Shown here piece by piece: positions 46,490-56,812 of a DNA stretch of 64,000 bases. A program made the position numbers and the translations under genes. This DNA comes from Acidobacteriota bacterium (lineage in GTDB: Bacteria > Acidobacteriota > Vicinamibacteria > Vicinamibacterales > UBA2999), in contig JABFSA010000014.1 of the NCBI GenBank assembly GCA_013140775.1, positions 15,376-79,375 of the forward strand, written 5' to 3'. Every line of letters starts with the position of its first letter. Position 1 is the stretch's first letter. The notes beneath the pieces were generated by a model. That model was not told the DNA's origin, searched no databases, and worked only from the letters and a program-made list of their open reading frames with translations.

Positions 46490-47923
46490 ATGATGGTCGC
46501 CCCCGGCCTTCCTCAGAACGCTCCGACAACTACCTCAGCCGCGGTCACGTGGCTCGCCTACGGCTGCGGCCTCATCGTCTCTCTCACGGTGGGCCACTTC
46601 CTGCTCGGATTGCCCATCCAGTACTCGGACAGCTTCGGACAACTGCTGAAGGCCACGGGTCCCTGGAACGATCTGCTCTACGGGGAGTTCACTCAACGAG
46701 CGTATATGCGACCCCTGATGTGGGGTGAGCTCAAGCTCGTGTACGAGCTGTCCGGCGGCAACTATTTCGCCTGGTATCGCGGTGTGCACGTCATCCAGAC
46801 AGCAACGCTGGCGATCCTCTTCATCCGACTCGTGCGACCGCGTACGCTGCTCGACCTTGCGCCGATCGTGCTCGGCCTCGCCGTTCTGTTTGGCACGCAC
46901 ACGTTCCAGGGCACGGTACGGGAAGCGTTCCCCCTCAATCACTTCATGACGGTTCTGATCTACTGCCTGCTCGCGGCCAACCTCGCCATGGCGCGATACC
47001 GCTGGTGGAACGACGTATTGGGAGCGCTGCTCTTTGCCATCTCGGCGTTGACGATTGAAAGCGGGCTGCTCGTCGGCGCGATCCTGGTCGGCGGTGCCCT
47101 CGTGGGGACGACCGGTATTTCTCGCAAAGGAGCAGCGTTGCAGGTGCTCCTGCTCGCGGTGTATCTCGTGCTTCGATTCCCGGTGTTCGGAGTCGGCGCG
47201 CCGGATCTCATCGAACGAAGTTCAGGATTCGGGTTTCGCGTTCTCGATCCTCCGGAGCTGGTGGCCCGCTTCGGAGCGAATCCGCTCGGCTTCTACCTCT
47301 ACAACTCGGTCTCAGGTGTGCTGTCCGTACTTCTTTCTGAACCAACTGGCGGCGTCTACAGCCTGACGAGGCAGGTGCTGAACGGAAACTTCACCTTTGC
47401 AACGTGGGACATGTTCCTCGCGTCGCTGTGTGCCACGAGCCTGGTCGCTTTATTTCTGTGGCGGCGCCGGAGGGCGATTGCAGCGTGGCGTCTCGACCGC
47501 GACGACCAGCTCGTGGCGCTGTTCGTGGTCGTGCTCATGGCGAATGCCGTGGTCACGTATCCGTATAGCAAGGATGTCGTGATGAGTCCGGCCGGTGTCT
47601 TTCTGGCAGTGGCTGTCTGCGTGGCAGCGCGCGGCCTGCTCTCGTGGCTGCCCGCGATCCCGTCACCAAGACTCGAAACCGTCGCGTTGGCGTTCTTTGC
47701 GCTCACCGGCGCGATGTGGGCAATACGCCTGACCGAAACCCACCTCAACCTTCGCGCGGGTGCCGTCGTCGAACGCAACGAGTGGGCCTACATGGAAGAG
47801 GATGCATCCTTCCAGGAGCCTGAGCGCACGCTGTTCCGGTCGCTTCGAGACGACGCGCTGTTCACGCATCCGGCGCCCGGTCCATTGGTCTCACCACTCC
47901 GCGCTCTCCTCTCACGCGAATGA
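46490..47923 (+). CDS. Polytopic membrane protein, possibly GT-C-like glycosyltransferase
   Basis: Many TM helices; early acidic loop (YSDSF) and YMRPL motif as seen in GT-C-like proteins. Confidence 0.55.
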   Translation: MMVAPGLPQNAPTTTSAAVTWLAYGCGLIVSLTVGHFLLGLPIQYSDSFGQLLKATGPWNDLLYGEFTQRAYMRPLMWGELKLVYELSGGNYFAWYRGVHVIQTATLAILFIRLVRPRTLLDLAPIVLGLAVLFGTHTFQGTVREAFPLNHFMTVLIYCLLAANLAMARYRWWNDVLGALLFAISALTIESGLLVGAILVGGALVGTTGISRKGAALQVLLLAVYLVLRFPVFGVGAPDLIERSSGFGFRVLDPPELVARFGANPLGFYLYNSVSGVLSVLLSEPTGGVYSLTRQVLNGNFTFATWDMFLASLCATSLVALFLWRRRRAIAAWRLDRDDQLVALFVVVLMANAVVTYPYSKDVVMSPAGVFLAVAVCVAARGLLSWLPAIPSPRLETVALAFFALTGAMWAIRLTETHLNLRAGAVVERNEWAYMEEDASFQEPERTLFRSLRDDALFTHPAPGPLVSPLRALLSRE

Positions 47924-48396
47924 ATACACGGCTTTCAAAGGCGTGTGCGATCTCGCTGGCAACACCACTCGCGGTTGCCGTGGCCTGGCTCATGTTCGTC
48001 ATGGGCGGAGACATGGTGGGCGCAGGGCCATTCGTCGATCGTGGCCCGAAGAACAGTGCGGAGGCAGCAGGTCTCGCTCGCGCCGCAGACGTACTGCGCT
48101 TCCTGCGCATGGGAGAAGACCCTCATCGTGTGTATCCCGTGCGGCCGGAGGTCATCTCCTCAGCCGTTCTTCGAGTGACGACGCTCGAGGCCGCGATGTG
48201 GTCGCGCCAGCTGGAGCTTGTCCAACTGCTCGACGATCAGCACAGCATCACGCGTGAGGACCGGGCCACGCTTGCGTGTCTGGCTGCGGATCTCAAAGTG
48301 GACGATGTGGTCGAGTACCTCGCACCCGAGGGGACCGGCTACTGTACGCCCGGGCAGACACTTGAACGAGTCATCGCACGCAGTCGAGGCTTGTGA
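47920..48396 (+). CDS. Membrane-anchored hypothetical protein (ankyrin-like helices)
   Basis: ATGA overlap with the upstream gene; N-terminal TM; LRMGEDP, TTLEAAM. Confidence 0.6.
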   Translation: MNTRLSKACAISLATPLAVAVAWLMFVMGGDMVGAGPFVDRGPKNSAEAAGLARAADVLRFLRMGEDPHRVYPVRPEVISSAVLRVTTLEAAMWSRQLELVQLLDDQHSITREDRATLACLAADLKVDDVVEYLAPEGTGYCTPGQTLERVIARSRGL

Positions 48397-48399
48397 TCT

Positions 48400-49818
48400 C
48401 TACCGACCTCGGGCGAGATCGTTGCGGTAGACCTTGCCGCCCTTCATCACGAATCTCACTCGCTGGAGTTCGGTGATATCAGCGAGGGGATCGCCCCCAA
48501 CGGCTACGAGATCCGCGAACTTACCTGTGGTGATTGATCCCACGTCCCGCTGCCAGCCCAGCACTTCGGCGTTGACGATCGTCCCGGCCTGAATGGCACG
48601 GGCCGGGGTCATGCCGGACCGCTTCACGAGGGCCTCGAAGTCCAGGGCCTGCGTGCCATGTACGTAAGTCGAACCATCGGCACCGCTACCGACCATCACC
48701 TTGAGTCCCCGGGTCGCGACAGCCATGGCGACTGCCTTGTCAAAAATGGGGATCATCCGAAACTTGCCACCCGTGTTCTTGGCGTCGTTGTCGTCCATAT
48801 AGGGCTCGACGTAACGGATGAGTGTGGGAGAGAACGCGAGATTCTTCTTCACCATCAGATCCAGCTGCGCCTGTGTGAGCGCGTAGCCATGTTCGATGGT
48901 GTCGCAACCGAGGTCTATCGATCGCTGAAGGTTGTCGCCGCCGAAGACGTGGCACGCTGTCTTCTTTCCTGCGCGGTGCGAATCCTCGATGAGCGCCCGA
49001 AGGACGGGCTCGGGGTACGTCTGGACGTAGCGCACATCGCCGCTGTCGGTGAACGAATATCCGCCCGAGGGATAGAGCTTGATCCAGTCCACCTTGCGGT
49101 CCACGTGTTCCTTGACCGCCGCGCGGGCTTCATCGACGGATCGCACGATGTAGCCGCCCAGCGGGTTGTCTGGCGCGTTGGGATCGGCCGGCTTGGCACC
49201 CCAGTTGATGCCCCGACCTGACACCTGAAGCCGTGGACCGTCGATGTCGCCCATCGTGATCCCGTCGCGGATGTCCACGTCGCCGTAGCCATTGCCGTGC
49301 GAGCTCATGTCGCGCAGGGTGGTGAATCCGGCATAGAGGTCGGCCTGGAGATTGTTGATGGCGACAATCGCGGAGCGCTCGCTCGACATGTTGGGCCGGC
49401 GGTTGTTGTAGACGTGAGAGTGGGTATCGATCAGGCCTGGCACGACCGTGGCCTCACTAAGATCGATGACCTGGGCACCGGCTGGAATGCGCACTTGTGA
49501 CTCGGGACCGACCTCGGTAATGCGTTCGCCTGTGGCAACGATGACCTGTCGAGTCAACATCCGTCCGCTCTCGCTGTCGAAGAGGCGGCCAGCCCGTAGA
49601 GCAACGACCCGGGCGACGGGTGGACATTGCAACACGCCACCTTCCGGGCCGACACAGGGGCGCTCACCAGCAAAACGCCAGGGTCCCGGCGCGGGCTCCC
49701 GAGATGGGGTGACGGGCGCCTGCGCGCGGACACCCGTGACAGCCAGCGCCACGCCGAGCATCACGCCAAGGCCAATACGGACAAGACCGAGTCGAGCAGC
49801 GGACGACTGGCTGATCAT
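48400..49818 (-). CDS. Secreted amidohydrolase (Xaa-Pro dipeptidase-like)
   Basis: PGLIDTHSH, GFTTLRD, WIKLY, ACH, TIEHG, GSITTGKFADLVAV; GSGAD in place of the usual GTD. Confidence 0.88.
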   Translation of the reverse strand: MISQSSAARLGLVRIGLGVMLGVALAVTGVRAQAPVTPSREPAPGPWRFAGERPCVGPEGGVLQCPPVARVVALRAGRLFDSESGRMLTRQVIVATGERITEVGPESQVRIPAGAQVIDLSEATVVPGLIDTHSHVYNNRRPNMSSERSAIVAINNLQADLYAGFTTLRDMSSHGNGYGDVDIRDGITMGDIDGPRLQVSGRGINWGAKPADPNAPDNPLGGYIVRSVDEARAAVKEHVDRKVDWIKLYPSGGYSFTDSGDVRYVQTYPEPVLRALIEDSHRAGKKTACHVFGGDNLQRSIDLGCDTIEHGYALTQAQLDLMVKKNLAFSPTLIRYVEPYMDDNDAKNTGGKFRMIPIFDKAVAMAVATRGLKVMVGSGADGSTYVHGTQALDFEALVKRSGMTPARAIQAGTIVNAEVLGWQRDVGSITTGKFADLVAVGGDPLADITELQRVRFVMKGGKVYRNDLARGR

Positions 49819-49842
49819 TCACAACCTCCGAACGTCTTGCGA

Positions 49843-52839
49843 CTAGAAGTCGACCTGCGTGCTGATCTTCACCATGCGCCCACCGATCGTCTGGAGCACG
49901 TTGAGCCACGCCGGCCCGTAGCGCTCGGTCACGGCAAGGACATTACCGGTGTTGAACAGGTTGGCGAGATCGACGTTCCCATTGACCCTGACGCCACTGA
50001 ACCGGAAGCTGCGAGTGAAGCGAAGGTCCACCTGCTGCACCCGCGGCTCGTATCTCGACTGCGGCGGAATCAGGAGCTCGGTGCGGTTTTGATTGCAGGC
50101 CGCGCCCCCGGCCGGGCACCCCGACAGGTTTCTCCCGAGTGACGGCGCGATGACCGCGTTGGTGATCACGGTGTCGCCCCCCGTCGCGATCCCGGAGAAG
50201 TTCTGGTAGATGAGGCTGGTCTTGAGTTCCCACGGCAGCGGATACACGACCAGGAACTTGACCTGTGTACCCGAGGACCAGGGCGGCGTGACCTTGCAGT
50301 AGCGCGTCGAAGGCGAATCAATGACCGCGCAATTCTCGGTCGTTGTCCGACCGACGGTCATTCCGCCGGCCACCTGGCCCCCGTCGAGGAATCGAGCGTT
50401 GATGTTGAGATCGACGCCGTTGTAGATCTCACTGCGGTCCCCGTAGTGCGACTGCTGCGTGATCAGGTTGTCCACCTGACCGAACTTGGAAGGGTTGAGG
50501 TCGTAGAGCCCGCAGATCCGTTCGCCGCTGACCGAGTCCAGCCGGCTGTCGGTTGGCGCCGTGAAGCAGTACTCGTCGTAGTCGGCCGGGGTCACGGCCA
50601 GGTTGTCGGTTGCGAGAAAGTTGCCATACCACGTGCGGAAGTACCCGATATTGACGCCCAACCCCGGCCGCAGCTCGTGCTGGAGCGATACCGAGCCCTG
50701 CCAGTTATAACCCTGGCGGTTGAACCCTGTGACGGAGTCGGGCGCGTTCCGCGATGTCAGGATCACGCTCTGCCCGAAGTTGCGATCCGACCAGGCCCCG
50801 ACACACTCGCCGTTCGGGTTGGGGTTCAACAGATCGCAGTCCGGTTTGTAATTGCCGGAACGGGCGTCGCCCGGGCCGTAAAAGGAATCGTTCCACGCCC
50901 GCGTGGTGCTCGGCGACTGGCTGTGCTGCGGCTGCGCCTGGCCCGTCGCCCGAATCGGTGGATTGTAGCGGCCGAGTGCGAACTTGATGGCCGTCTTACC
51001 AGCGTCCGACAGGTCGTAGGCGGCGCCCAGCCGCGCATTCAGATTGCGCCAGTGCGGAAAGTTCGGCACCCGCGGCAAGGTCCGCGCCGGCACGAAAGGA
51101 CCGGCCGCAAGCGTCGCTTCATCCAGCTCTTGAAACACGTCGCTGTACCGCAGGCCCAGGTTGAGCGTCAACCGATCGAGGGTCCACTGGTCCTGCACGT
51201 AGGCCGCCTTCTCCACCGCGTGGTCCTCCCAGGCAAAAGGCACGGCCCAGATGCGCACCGACACCGGAACCCGGTTGTTGAACGTGTAGTCCATGGCCTG
51301 ATTAATCTGGTTCGGATCGGTGTTCTTGCTCGCGTCACCGGTCTTGACCCAGCGGTACTCGAATCCGGTCTTGAAGCGATGCGACGCCGAGACGCGCGAC
51401 AGCGCCACGTTGCCCTGGCGCTGCGCTCGCGGAATGAACATGTACGAGCCGGTGTTGCCGACATTCAGCGCACGTGACCCGTACCGATAGTTCGTTGACT
51501 GCTCCAGGACCTGCACGGCTGTGAGACCGGTCTCGGGCTCGCGTCGGTTCGTCTGGTTCTGCACCTGCAGCGTGAGGCCACCCTCGAGCAGAAACGTATT
51601 GTTCACCGGATACGTCCAGCGGTTGCTAGAGATCACCTGCGGGTCCAAGACGTGGTCCGCGACGGCTTCCGGCGCGGCGGCGACACCGCCCGTGGTCGTG
51701 AGAAGCGCGAAGGTGCAGTTGCAATTCGGCTGCGATGACGTGGACGAGGAAATCCGGTGGCGCCCCGCCTGCAGCGTCAGGCGCAGCGTCATGTCACTGG
51801 TGTTGGGCCGGGTATAGGCCGGGCGCGTGAGATCCGGTTCGTAGAACCACGGCGTCGTCGCCTGCAGCTTGTTGTAGTAGTTGCCCTGCTGGTACAGCTC
51901 CGTGGTGCCGTGCCGGGCGGACGCGAAGAACCACAACCGGTCCCGCTTGAGCGGTCCCCCAAACGCACCCGCCACGTCGTAGTGCTTCTTGAGCGACGCG
52001 GACTGACGCACACCGCGCGCAGCCAGCTCGTCGTTGAGATTGCTCGCCACCAGATCGGGGCCGGTGACCGAGTAGGACATCCCTCCCGAGAATACGTTGC
52101 CGCCGTCACGCTGCACGATATTGACGGCGCCGCCGCCCACCGCGCGTTCGGCGCTGATGCCGCCGGTCTCGACGACGACCTCCTGAAAGGTCAACTGGTT
52201 ATAGACGAACGCGCCGGATACGAGCGATCCGATCGCCTGATCGGTCCCGTCCACGACCGCCTCTGCCTCGGGCGCTCCGTGCACCCGAAACCGCATCTGA
52301 GCGGTGTCGTCCACGCCGCCCACACTGTAGGCCGTGGGCGCCACGAGCGCCGCCCCCGGGATCACGTTGGCGAGTCCAGTGATCCGGCCAGTGCCCGGGA
52401 TCGCCTGCAGCGTCTCGCGTTGGAACTGCGTCTGCTGTTGCGTGCTCTGGACGTCCACGAGCGGCGCCTGACCCGTCACGGTTATCGTCTCTTCGAGTGC
52501 ACCAACGCTGAGGTCACCGTTCACCGTGGCCACGAAGTTCGCCGGCAGGACCATCCCATCGCGGCGGAACGTGCGGAAACCTGGCAGTGTGAACGTGACG
52601 CTGTACTCCCCGGGGCGCAAATCCACAATGCGATACAGGCCCCCGCTGTCGGTCACCGTCGTTCGCACTTTGTCGATGAGCGCCGGGCTCGCGGCTTCCA
52701 CTGTCACGCCTGGCAGCACCGCGCCTGATGTGTCGCGGGCAACCCCGGTAATACTGCTGCCGGCCTGCGCGAAGACAACGCCCGGCAGGCACGCGACTCC
52801 GATGATGACGACCACGGCGGCGATTCGGACACCCTTCAT
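49843..52839 (-). CDS. TonB-dependent receptor-like protein with carboxypeptidase-regulatory-like N-domain
   Basis: GAGGA RBS; DTSGAVLPGVTVEAASPALI; GGPLKRDRLWFF; YVQDQWTLDRLTLNLGLRY; terminal QVDF. Confidence 0.9.
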   Translation of the reverse strand: MKGVRIAAVVVIIGVACLPGVVFAQAGSSITGVARDTSGAVLPGVTVEAASPALIDKVRTTVTDSGGLYRIVDLRPGEYSVTFTLPGFRTFRRDGMVLPANFVATVNGDLSVGALEETITVTGQAPLVDVQSTQQQTQFQRETLQAIPGTGRITGLANVIPGAALVAPTAYSVGGVDDTAQMRFRVHGAPEAEAVVDGTDQAIGSLVSGAFVYNQLTFQEVVVETGGISAERAVGGGAVNIVQRDGGNVFSGGMSYSVTGPDLVASNLNDELAARGVRQSASLKKHYDVAGAFGGPLKRDRLWFFASARHGTTELYQQGNYYNKLQATTPWFYEPDLTRPAYTRPNTSDMTLRLTLQAGRHRISSSTSSQPNCNCTFALLTTTGGVAAAPEAVADHVLDPQVISSNRWTYPVNNTFLLEGGLTLQVQNQTNRREPETGLTAVQVLEQSTNYRYGSRALNVGNTGSYMFIPRAQRQGNVALSRVSASHRFKTGFEYRWVKTGDASKNTDPNQINQAMDYTFNNRVPVSVRIWAVPFAWEDHAVEKAAYVQDQWTLDRLTLNLGLRYSDVFQELDEATLAAGPFVPARTLPRVPNFPHWRNLNARLGAAYDLSDAGKTAIKFALGRYNPPIRATGQAQPQHSQSPSTTRAWNDSFYGPGDARSGNYKPDCDLLNPNPNGECVGAWSDRNFGQSVILTSRNAPDSVTGFNRQGYNWQGSVSLQHELRPGLGVNIGYFRTWYGNFLATDNLAVTPADYDEYCFTAPTDSRLDSVSGERICGLYDLNPSKFGQVDNLITQQSHYGDRSEIYNGVDLNINARFLDGGQVAGGMTVGRTTTENCAVIDSPSTRYCKVTPPWSSGTQVKFLVVYPLPWELKTSLIYQNFSGIATGGDTVITNAVIAPSLGRNLSGCPAGGAACNQNRTELLIPPQSRYEPRVQQVDLRFTRSFRFSGVRVNGNVDLANLFNTGNVLAVTERYGPAWLNVLQTIGGRMVKISTQVDF

Positions 52840-52889
52840 AGAGCTATTCCTCCTCTGTACGACGCGCGGAACCGACGAGAGACGGTGAA

Positions 52890-53990
52890 CTACGTCTTGA
52901 GCCGTGGAAACAGCGGGAGCGCGTTCTCGCGATCGATCCGCTGAAGGTCGCGCGCGCTGAACACGCCGCACTCCCGGAGTCCTTTCACATGTTCGGCAGG
53001 TGTCCGATACGGATAGTCCGTGCCAAACACGATCTGTGACGTTGGAACCACCTTGCTGAGCGCCGACATGGCTGCCGGATTCGCGACCTGGGCGGTGTCG
53101 TAGTAGAACTTCCCGGCCGCGCCCTGGAAGCCTTGCGGAAACTTCGGCTTGTTCTGAGCTGAGTTCGCCATGCCCACGAAGCGTTCGACGAGAAACGGCA
53201 TCGTGCCACCGCCGTGGGACCAGATCATGCGCACGTTCGGGTAGCGCGCGGCGGCTCCCCCGAAGATCATCGACGTGATCGCACGTGTCGTGTCCGTGCC
53301 CCATTCAATCGCCCCGTCTCCGATTCCTGGAATGAGATTCCGGCAACAGTCGCTGGTGGTCGGGTGCGTGTACACGACCGCGCGGCGCCCGTTGAGTTCC
53401 TCGAAGATCGGATCGAAGAGCGGATTGCCCAACCATGCGCGGCCGTACACCGTGAAAAGGCCGAGACCGTCCGCCTTGAGGGTGTCGAACGCGTACTCGA
53501 GTTCTTTCAGGCTTGCGTCAATGTCAGGCAGTGGCAGCGCTGCCATCATCCCGAAACGCCCCGGGTGATCCATCGCGAGGCGCGCCGAGTACTCGTTGCA
53601 GTCGCGAACGAGTCGCACGACCGTGGCGGGATCGCTGAACGGCTCGCCGGCCGGGGCAATCGAACTCATACCGATGGACACGCCGGCTTCGTCCATCTCC
53701 TCAATCGCCTTGGCCACCGACCAGTTGACCGGAGCAGCTACACCGCGGGCACGGAGCGCCTGCACGAGCGCAGGCGGGACGATGTGATGGTGAACGTCAA
53801 TGCGGCCGGCCTGCAGCGTAGAGCCACGCGGCGCCCCCTGCCCAATCAGGCGGGCCGGGAGACACGCGCCCACGCCGGCGGCGGCAACCGATCTGAGGAA
53901 GTCTCGGCGTGAACTGCCAGACACCGTGCCGCAGTGCTGTGTGTGAGGATGCGTCGCGCCGCCGGGTCCGCCCGCATGAATCAATCGCAC
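52890..53990 (-). CDS. Tat-exported amidohydrolase_2 decarboxylase-like protein (6-methylsalicylate decarboxylase/ACMSD family)
   Basis: AAGGAGG before GTG; SRRDFL; IDVHHH, VYTHP, DTTRA, SHGGG, YDTA, FGTDYPY. Confidence 0.87.
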   Translation of the reverse strand: MRLIHAGGPGGATHPHTQHCGTVSGSSRRDFLRSVAAAGVGACLPARLIGQGAPRGSTLQAGRIDVHHHIVPPALVQALRARGVAAPVNWSVAKAIEEMDEAGVSIGMSSIAPAGEPFSDPATVVRLVRDCNEYSARLAMDHPGRFGMMAALPLPDIDASLKELEYAFDTLKADGLGLFTVYGRAWLGNPLFDPIFEELNGRRAVVYTHPTTSDCCRNLIPGIGDGAIEWGTDTTRAITSMIFGGAAARYPNVRMIWSHGGGTMPFLVERFVGMANSAQNKPKFPQGFQGAAGKFYYDTAQVANPAAMSALSKVVPTSQIVFGTDYPYRTPAEHVKGLRECGVFSARDLQRIDRENALPLFPRLKT

Positions 53991-54142
53991 GGTCGCCTCC
54001 TTGAGGATGCCGTTTCTTGACGCCGCGCAGTCCGGGTCGCACCCGAGCCTCGCTGACGGCACGGGCAGTGCCCGATTATGGTGGGGGTCGCGCCGTTGTC
54101 AAGCGGAAGAATTTCCCAGCGAGTGTCGTATTACCATCCCTC

Positions 54143-55003
54143 ATGCTTCGAGCTGTTCCGGACCGCTGGTCCATTCCCTCTCTCGTCGTTGTGTGCCTGG
54201 CGCTGACAGTCCCCGCTGCGGCGCAGCAGCGGCCACTCCTCACTGAAGACCCTGATCCTGTCGGCGAAGGCAAGATGCTCATCGAAGCGGGCATCGAGCA
54301 CACACGGTCGCAGCGGTACTCCGTATCAGGTCTCGAAGGGACCCTCTTGCGTGGACCGCTCCTCGGAATCAGCACTGGCGTCGGATCGTCGGCGGAGCTT
54401 CAGCTGGACGGTCTTTCATGGAGTCGTCTGGCTATTCGGGAGCGCTTCAACGCGCCACTCTCCTCCCTCGTGACCGCTCAAGGCGAGAGCACGTCGAGCG
54501 TCGAAGACCTCGTGCTTGGAACCAAAGTACGACTCCTTCGCGAAACGAGCAGCAGGCCCTCACTCGGGCTGCGCTTTGCGACAAAGCTCCCGAACGCGGG
54601 CAACGAAAAGGGTCTCGGACTCGACACGATGGACTTCTTTCAGTCGCTCCTCGTCGCCAAGTCGATCGCGTCCACCCGTTTCGTCGGGAATGTCGGCATG
54701 GCGATCCTGTCCGATCCCACTCGAGGCGACAGGCAGAACGATGTCCTGACCTACGGCTTCTCCGTCGTCCAGAGCTTCACGTCGTTTGCGGTTGCCGGCG
54801 ACGTCAACGGGTGGGTCAGCACGCGCGCGGGAGTGCCGCCACCTGGTACCGAGACACGCGGTACCGCCACGATCGGGGTTCGTTATCCGGTTGGTCCGGT
54901 TCGATTGGATGGCGGATTCTTCACCGGCCTCACCAGTGACGACGATCGCAAGGGGATCAAAGGCGGGCTCACCTGGACGTTCGAGAGTTTCCTGGGCGAG
55001 TGA
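54143..55003 (+). CDS. Outer-membrane beta-barrel (MetA-pathway/phenol-degradation transporter-like)
   Basis: AAA-QQRPLLTED; EDLVLGTK; GLGLDTMDF; strand pattern with aromatic C-terminus. Confidence 0.68.
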   Translation: MLRAVPDRWSIPSLVVVCLALTVPAAAQQRPLLTEDPDPVGEGKMLIEAGIEHTRSQRYSVSGLEGTLLRGPLLGISTGVGSSAELQLDGLSWSRLAIRERFNAPLSSLVTAQGESTSSVEDLVLGTKVRLLRETSSRPSLGLRFATKLPNAGNEKGLGLDTMDFFQSLLVAKSIASTRFVGNVGMAILSDPTRGDRQNDVLTYGFSVVQSFTSFAVAGDVNGWVSTRAGVPPPGTETRGTATIGVRYPVGPVRLDGGFFTGLTSDDDRKGIKGGLTWTFESFLGE

Positions 55004-55008
55004 ACAAG

Positions 55009-55032
55009 GCTCGGCTGAAGCCGAGCACTACG
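55009..55032 (-). repeat. GTAG-type REP palindrome between convergent genes
   Basis: GCTCGGCTGAAGCCGAGCACTACG. Confidence 0.85.
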
Positions 55033-55046
55033 ACAGAAGAAAGCCG

Positions 55047-56612
55047 CTACCAGTCGGTCGGTTGATAGTCCTTCAGGAACTTTCCCCAGATGTGGGTACC
55101 GGTGTTGAACCCGCTGATGATCGGATCGACGATGCGCGCTGCGCCGTCGATGATGTCGAGGGGCGGGTGGAAGCGCTGCTCCACGACCTTGCGCGCCGCG
55201 ATCTCGGCGGGATCCTCGTCGGTGACCCACCCGGTATCCACACTGTTCATGTGAATCCCGTCGTTGTAGTAGTCGGTGGCGGCGGTGCGCGTCATCATGT
55301 TCAACGCAGCCTTCGCCATGTTCGTGTGCGGATGTCTCGTCGTCTTGAAGTTCCGATAGAACTGCCCTTCGACAGCTGAGACATTCACGATGTGTTTGTC
55401 GCGCTCTGGCGTGCGGGTCATCAGCGGCTTCAGGCGAGCGTTGAGGATAAAGGGCGCGACGGCATTCACGAGCTGCACCTCGAGCAGTTCCACCGTTGAC
55501 ACCTCGGCCAGCAGAAGACGCCACGAGTTTCGATCCCGCAGGTCGATCTGCTGGAGGTCCTGATCGAGCCGGCCCTCGGGGAAGAGTGCGCTCTGTGCCT
55601 CCTGTTCCTCTGGCAACAGCGCGACCTGCGAGAGCTGCGCTGCATGCGTCAGACCGGCTACGTCGGCAAGTCGCGTGACCTGCTGTGGTGATGCGGACGA
55701 GGCCTCGGGCAGCATGTGATATCCACGCAGGCCCTCGTAGGTACCAAGCAGCTTTCGGGCGTGATCCGGCAGGTCTTTCAGAGCCGCTGTCTCGCCTTCC
55801 ATCATGTGCGCGTAGAACTCGGGCGGACGCCGCACGGTCTGGCACGCGTTGTTGACGATGATGTCGAGCCGGCTTCGCGTGGCCAGCAGCTCGCGGCAAA
55901 ACGCCTCGACGCTCGGCGTGTGCCGCAGGTCGAGGCCGAAGATCTCGAGACGATCGCGCCACTCCTCGAAGTCAGGCTCCTCTGCGTATCGAGCCGCCGA
56001 GTTCCTCGGGAAGCGCGTGGTGACGATCAACTGTGCGCCCGAGCGAAGCAGCTTCAACCCGGTCTGGTAGCCGATCTTGACGCGCCCGCCCGTCAGCAGC
56101 GCCACGCGTCCGCGCAGATCCGCCAGCTCCGTGCGCTTGGCAAAATTGAACTGCGCGCAGCCAGGACATAACTGGTCGTAGAAGTGATGAACGACTGAGA
56201 ACTGCTCCTTGCAGACGTAGCAGTGCTGGGGCACGGTGTATTCCCGTGCGGCCTCGTCGGCGTGGACATCTTCGGGCTCGAAGTTTCGCGGTGGAAACAC
56301 GTTCGGTGTGTTGAAGACCGCCTTCCGTCGAAGCGTCCGTATGCCGGTTTCCTGCAGGACGCTTTCCTCACGCCTGACCCGCTCGACCCGCTCCAGACGG
56401 GCGTTGGCCTTCAGCTGACGGCGTCTCGTCCGACCGTCGGGCGCGTTCACCCTCGTGACGGCCTTCAGCAGTCTTTTCCTGTCCTCTTCGGGCACCTCTT
56501 CGAGCAGGCGACGGTTGGCGACGATCGTCTCCAGCAGATCGATGGCGTCGCGTAACCGCTCGCGGAGGGTGGTCAGATCGGTCACGGCGGGCGGGGCTTC
56601 GGACGGGGACAT
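55047..56612 (-). CDS. Extended SDR oxidoreductase with CxxC...CxxC insert
   Basis: CYVCK...CPGC; [12 protein letters not shown]; NNACQT; VNVSAVEG; [13 protein letters not shown]. Confidence 0.87.
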   Translation of the reverse strand: MSPSEAPPAVTDLTTLRERLRDAIDLLETIVANRRLLEEVPEEDRKRLLKAVTRVNAPDGRTRRRQLKANARLERVERVRREESVLQETGIRTLRRKAVFNTPNVFPPRNFEPEDVHADEAAREYTVPQHCYVCKEQFSVVHHFYDQLCPGCAQFNFAKRTELADLRGRVALLTGGRVKIGYQTGLKLLRSGAQLIVTTRFPRNSAARYAEEPDFEEWRDRLEIFGLDLRHTPSVEAFCRELLATRSRLDIIVNNACQTVRRPPEFYAHMMEGETAALKDLPDHARKLLGTYEGLRGYHMLPEASSASPQQVTRLADVAGLTHAAQLSQVALLPEEQEAQSALFPEGRLDQDLQQIDLRDRNSWRLLLAEVSTVELLEVQLVNAVAPFILNARLKPLMTRTPERDKHIVNVSAVEGQFYRNFKTTRHPHTNMAKAALNMMTRTAATDYYNDGIHMNSVDTGWVTDEDPAEIAARKVVEQRFHPPLDIIDGAARIVDPIISGFNTGTHIWGKFLKDYQPTDW

Positions 56613-56780
56613 CCTCACGAGGGTAGCGTACGGACCGCGCGACCGGGGAGATCGCACTCCTGGAAACTGTCGGGCGGCGGCTGGAGCACGCAGCGAGCAG
56701 TAATTACCTGACGCACCAGGGAGCGATGATCCAGCACCCTGCGTCCGAGGCACTCAGGGCCGAAGCACGAAGTATCCTAT

Positions 56781-56796
56781 TGGCACAACCGTTGCT
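56781..56796 (+). promoter_or_regulatory. Sigma-54 (-24/-12) promoter of the PBP1A gene
   Basis: TGGCAC-AACCG-TTGCT consensus match, 16 nt before GTG 56813. Confidence 0.78.
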
Positions 56797-56812
56797 CATT
56801 TCCCGTCAAAAC

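Noticed and set aside
49843-53304. 1153-aa ORF with long N-terminal extension
   Set aside because: The extension overlaps the amidohydrolase gene in another frame; RBS and signal peptide place the start at 52839
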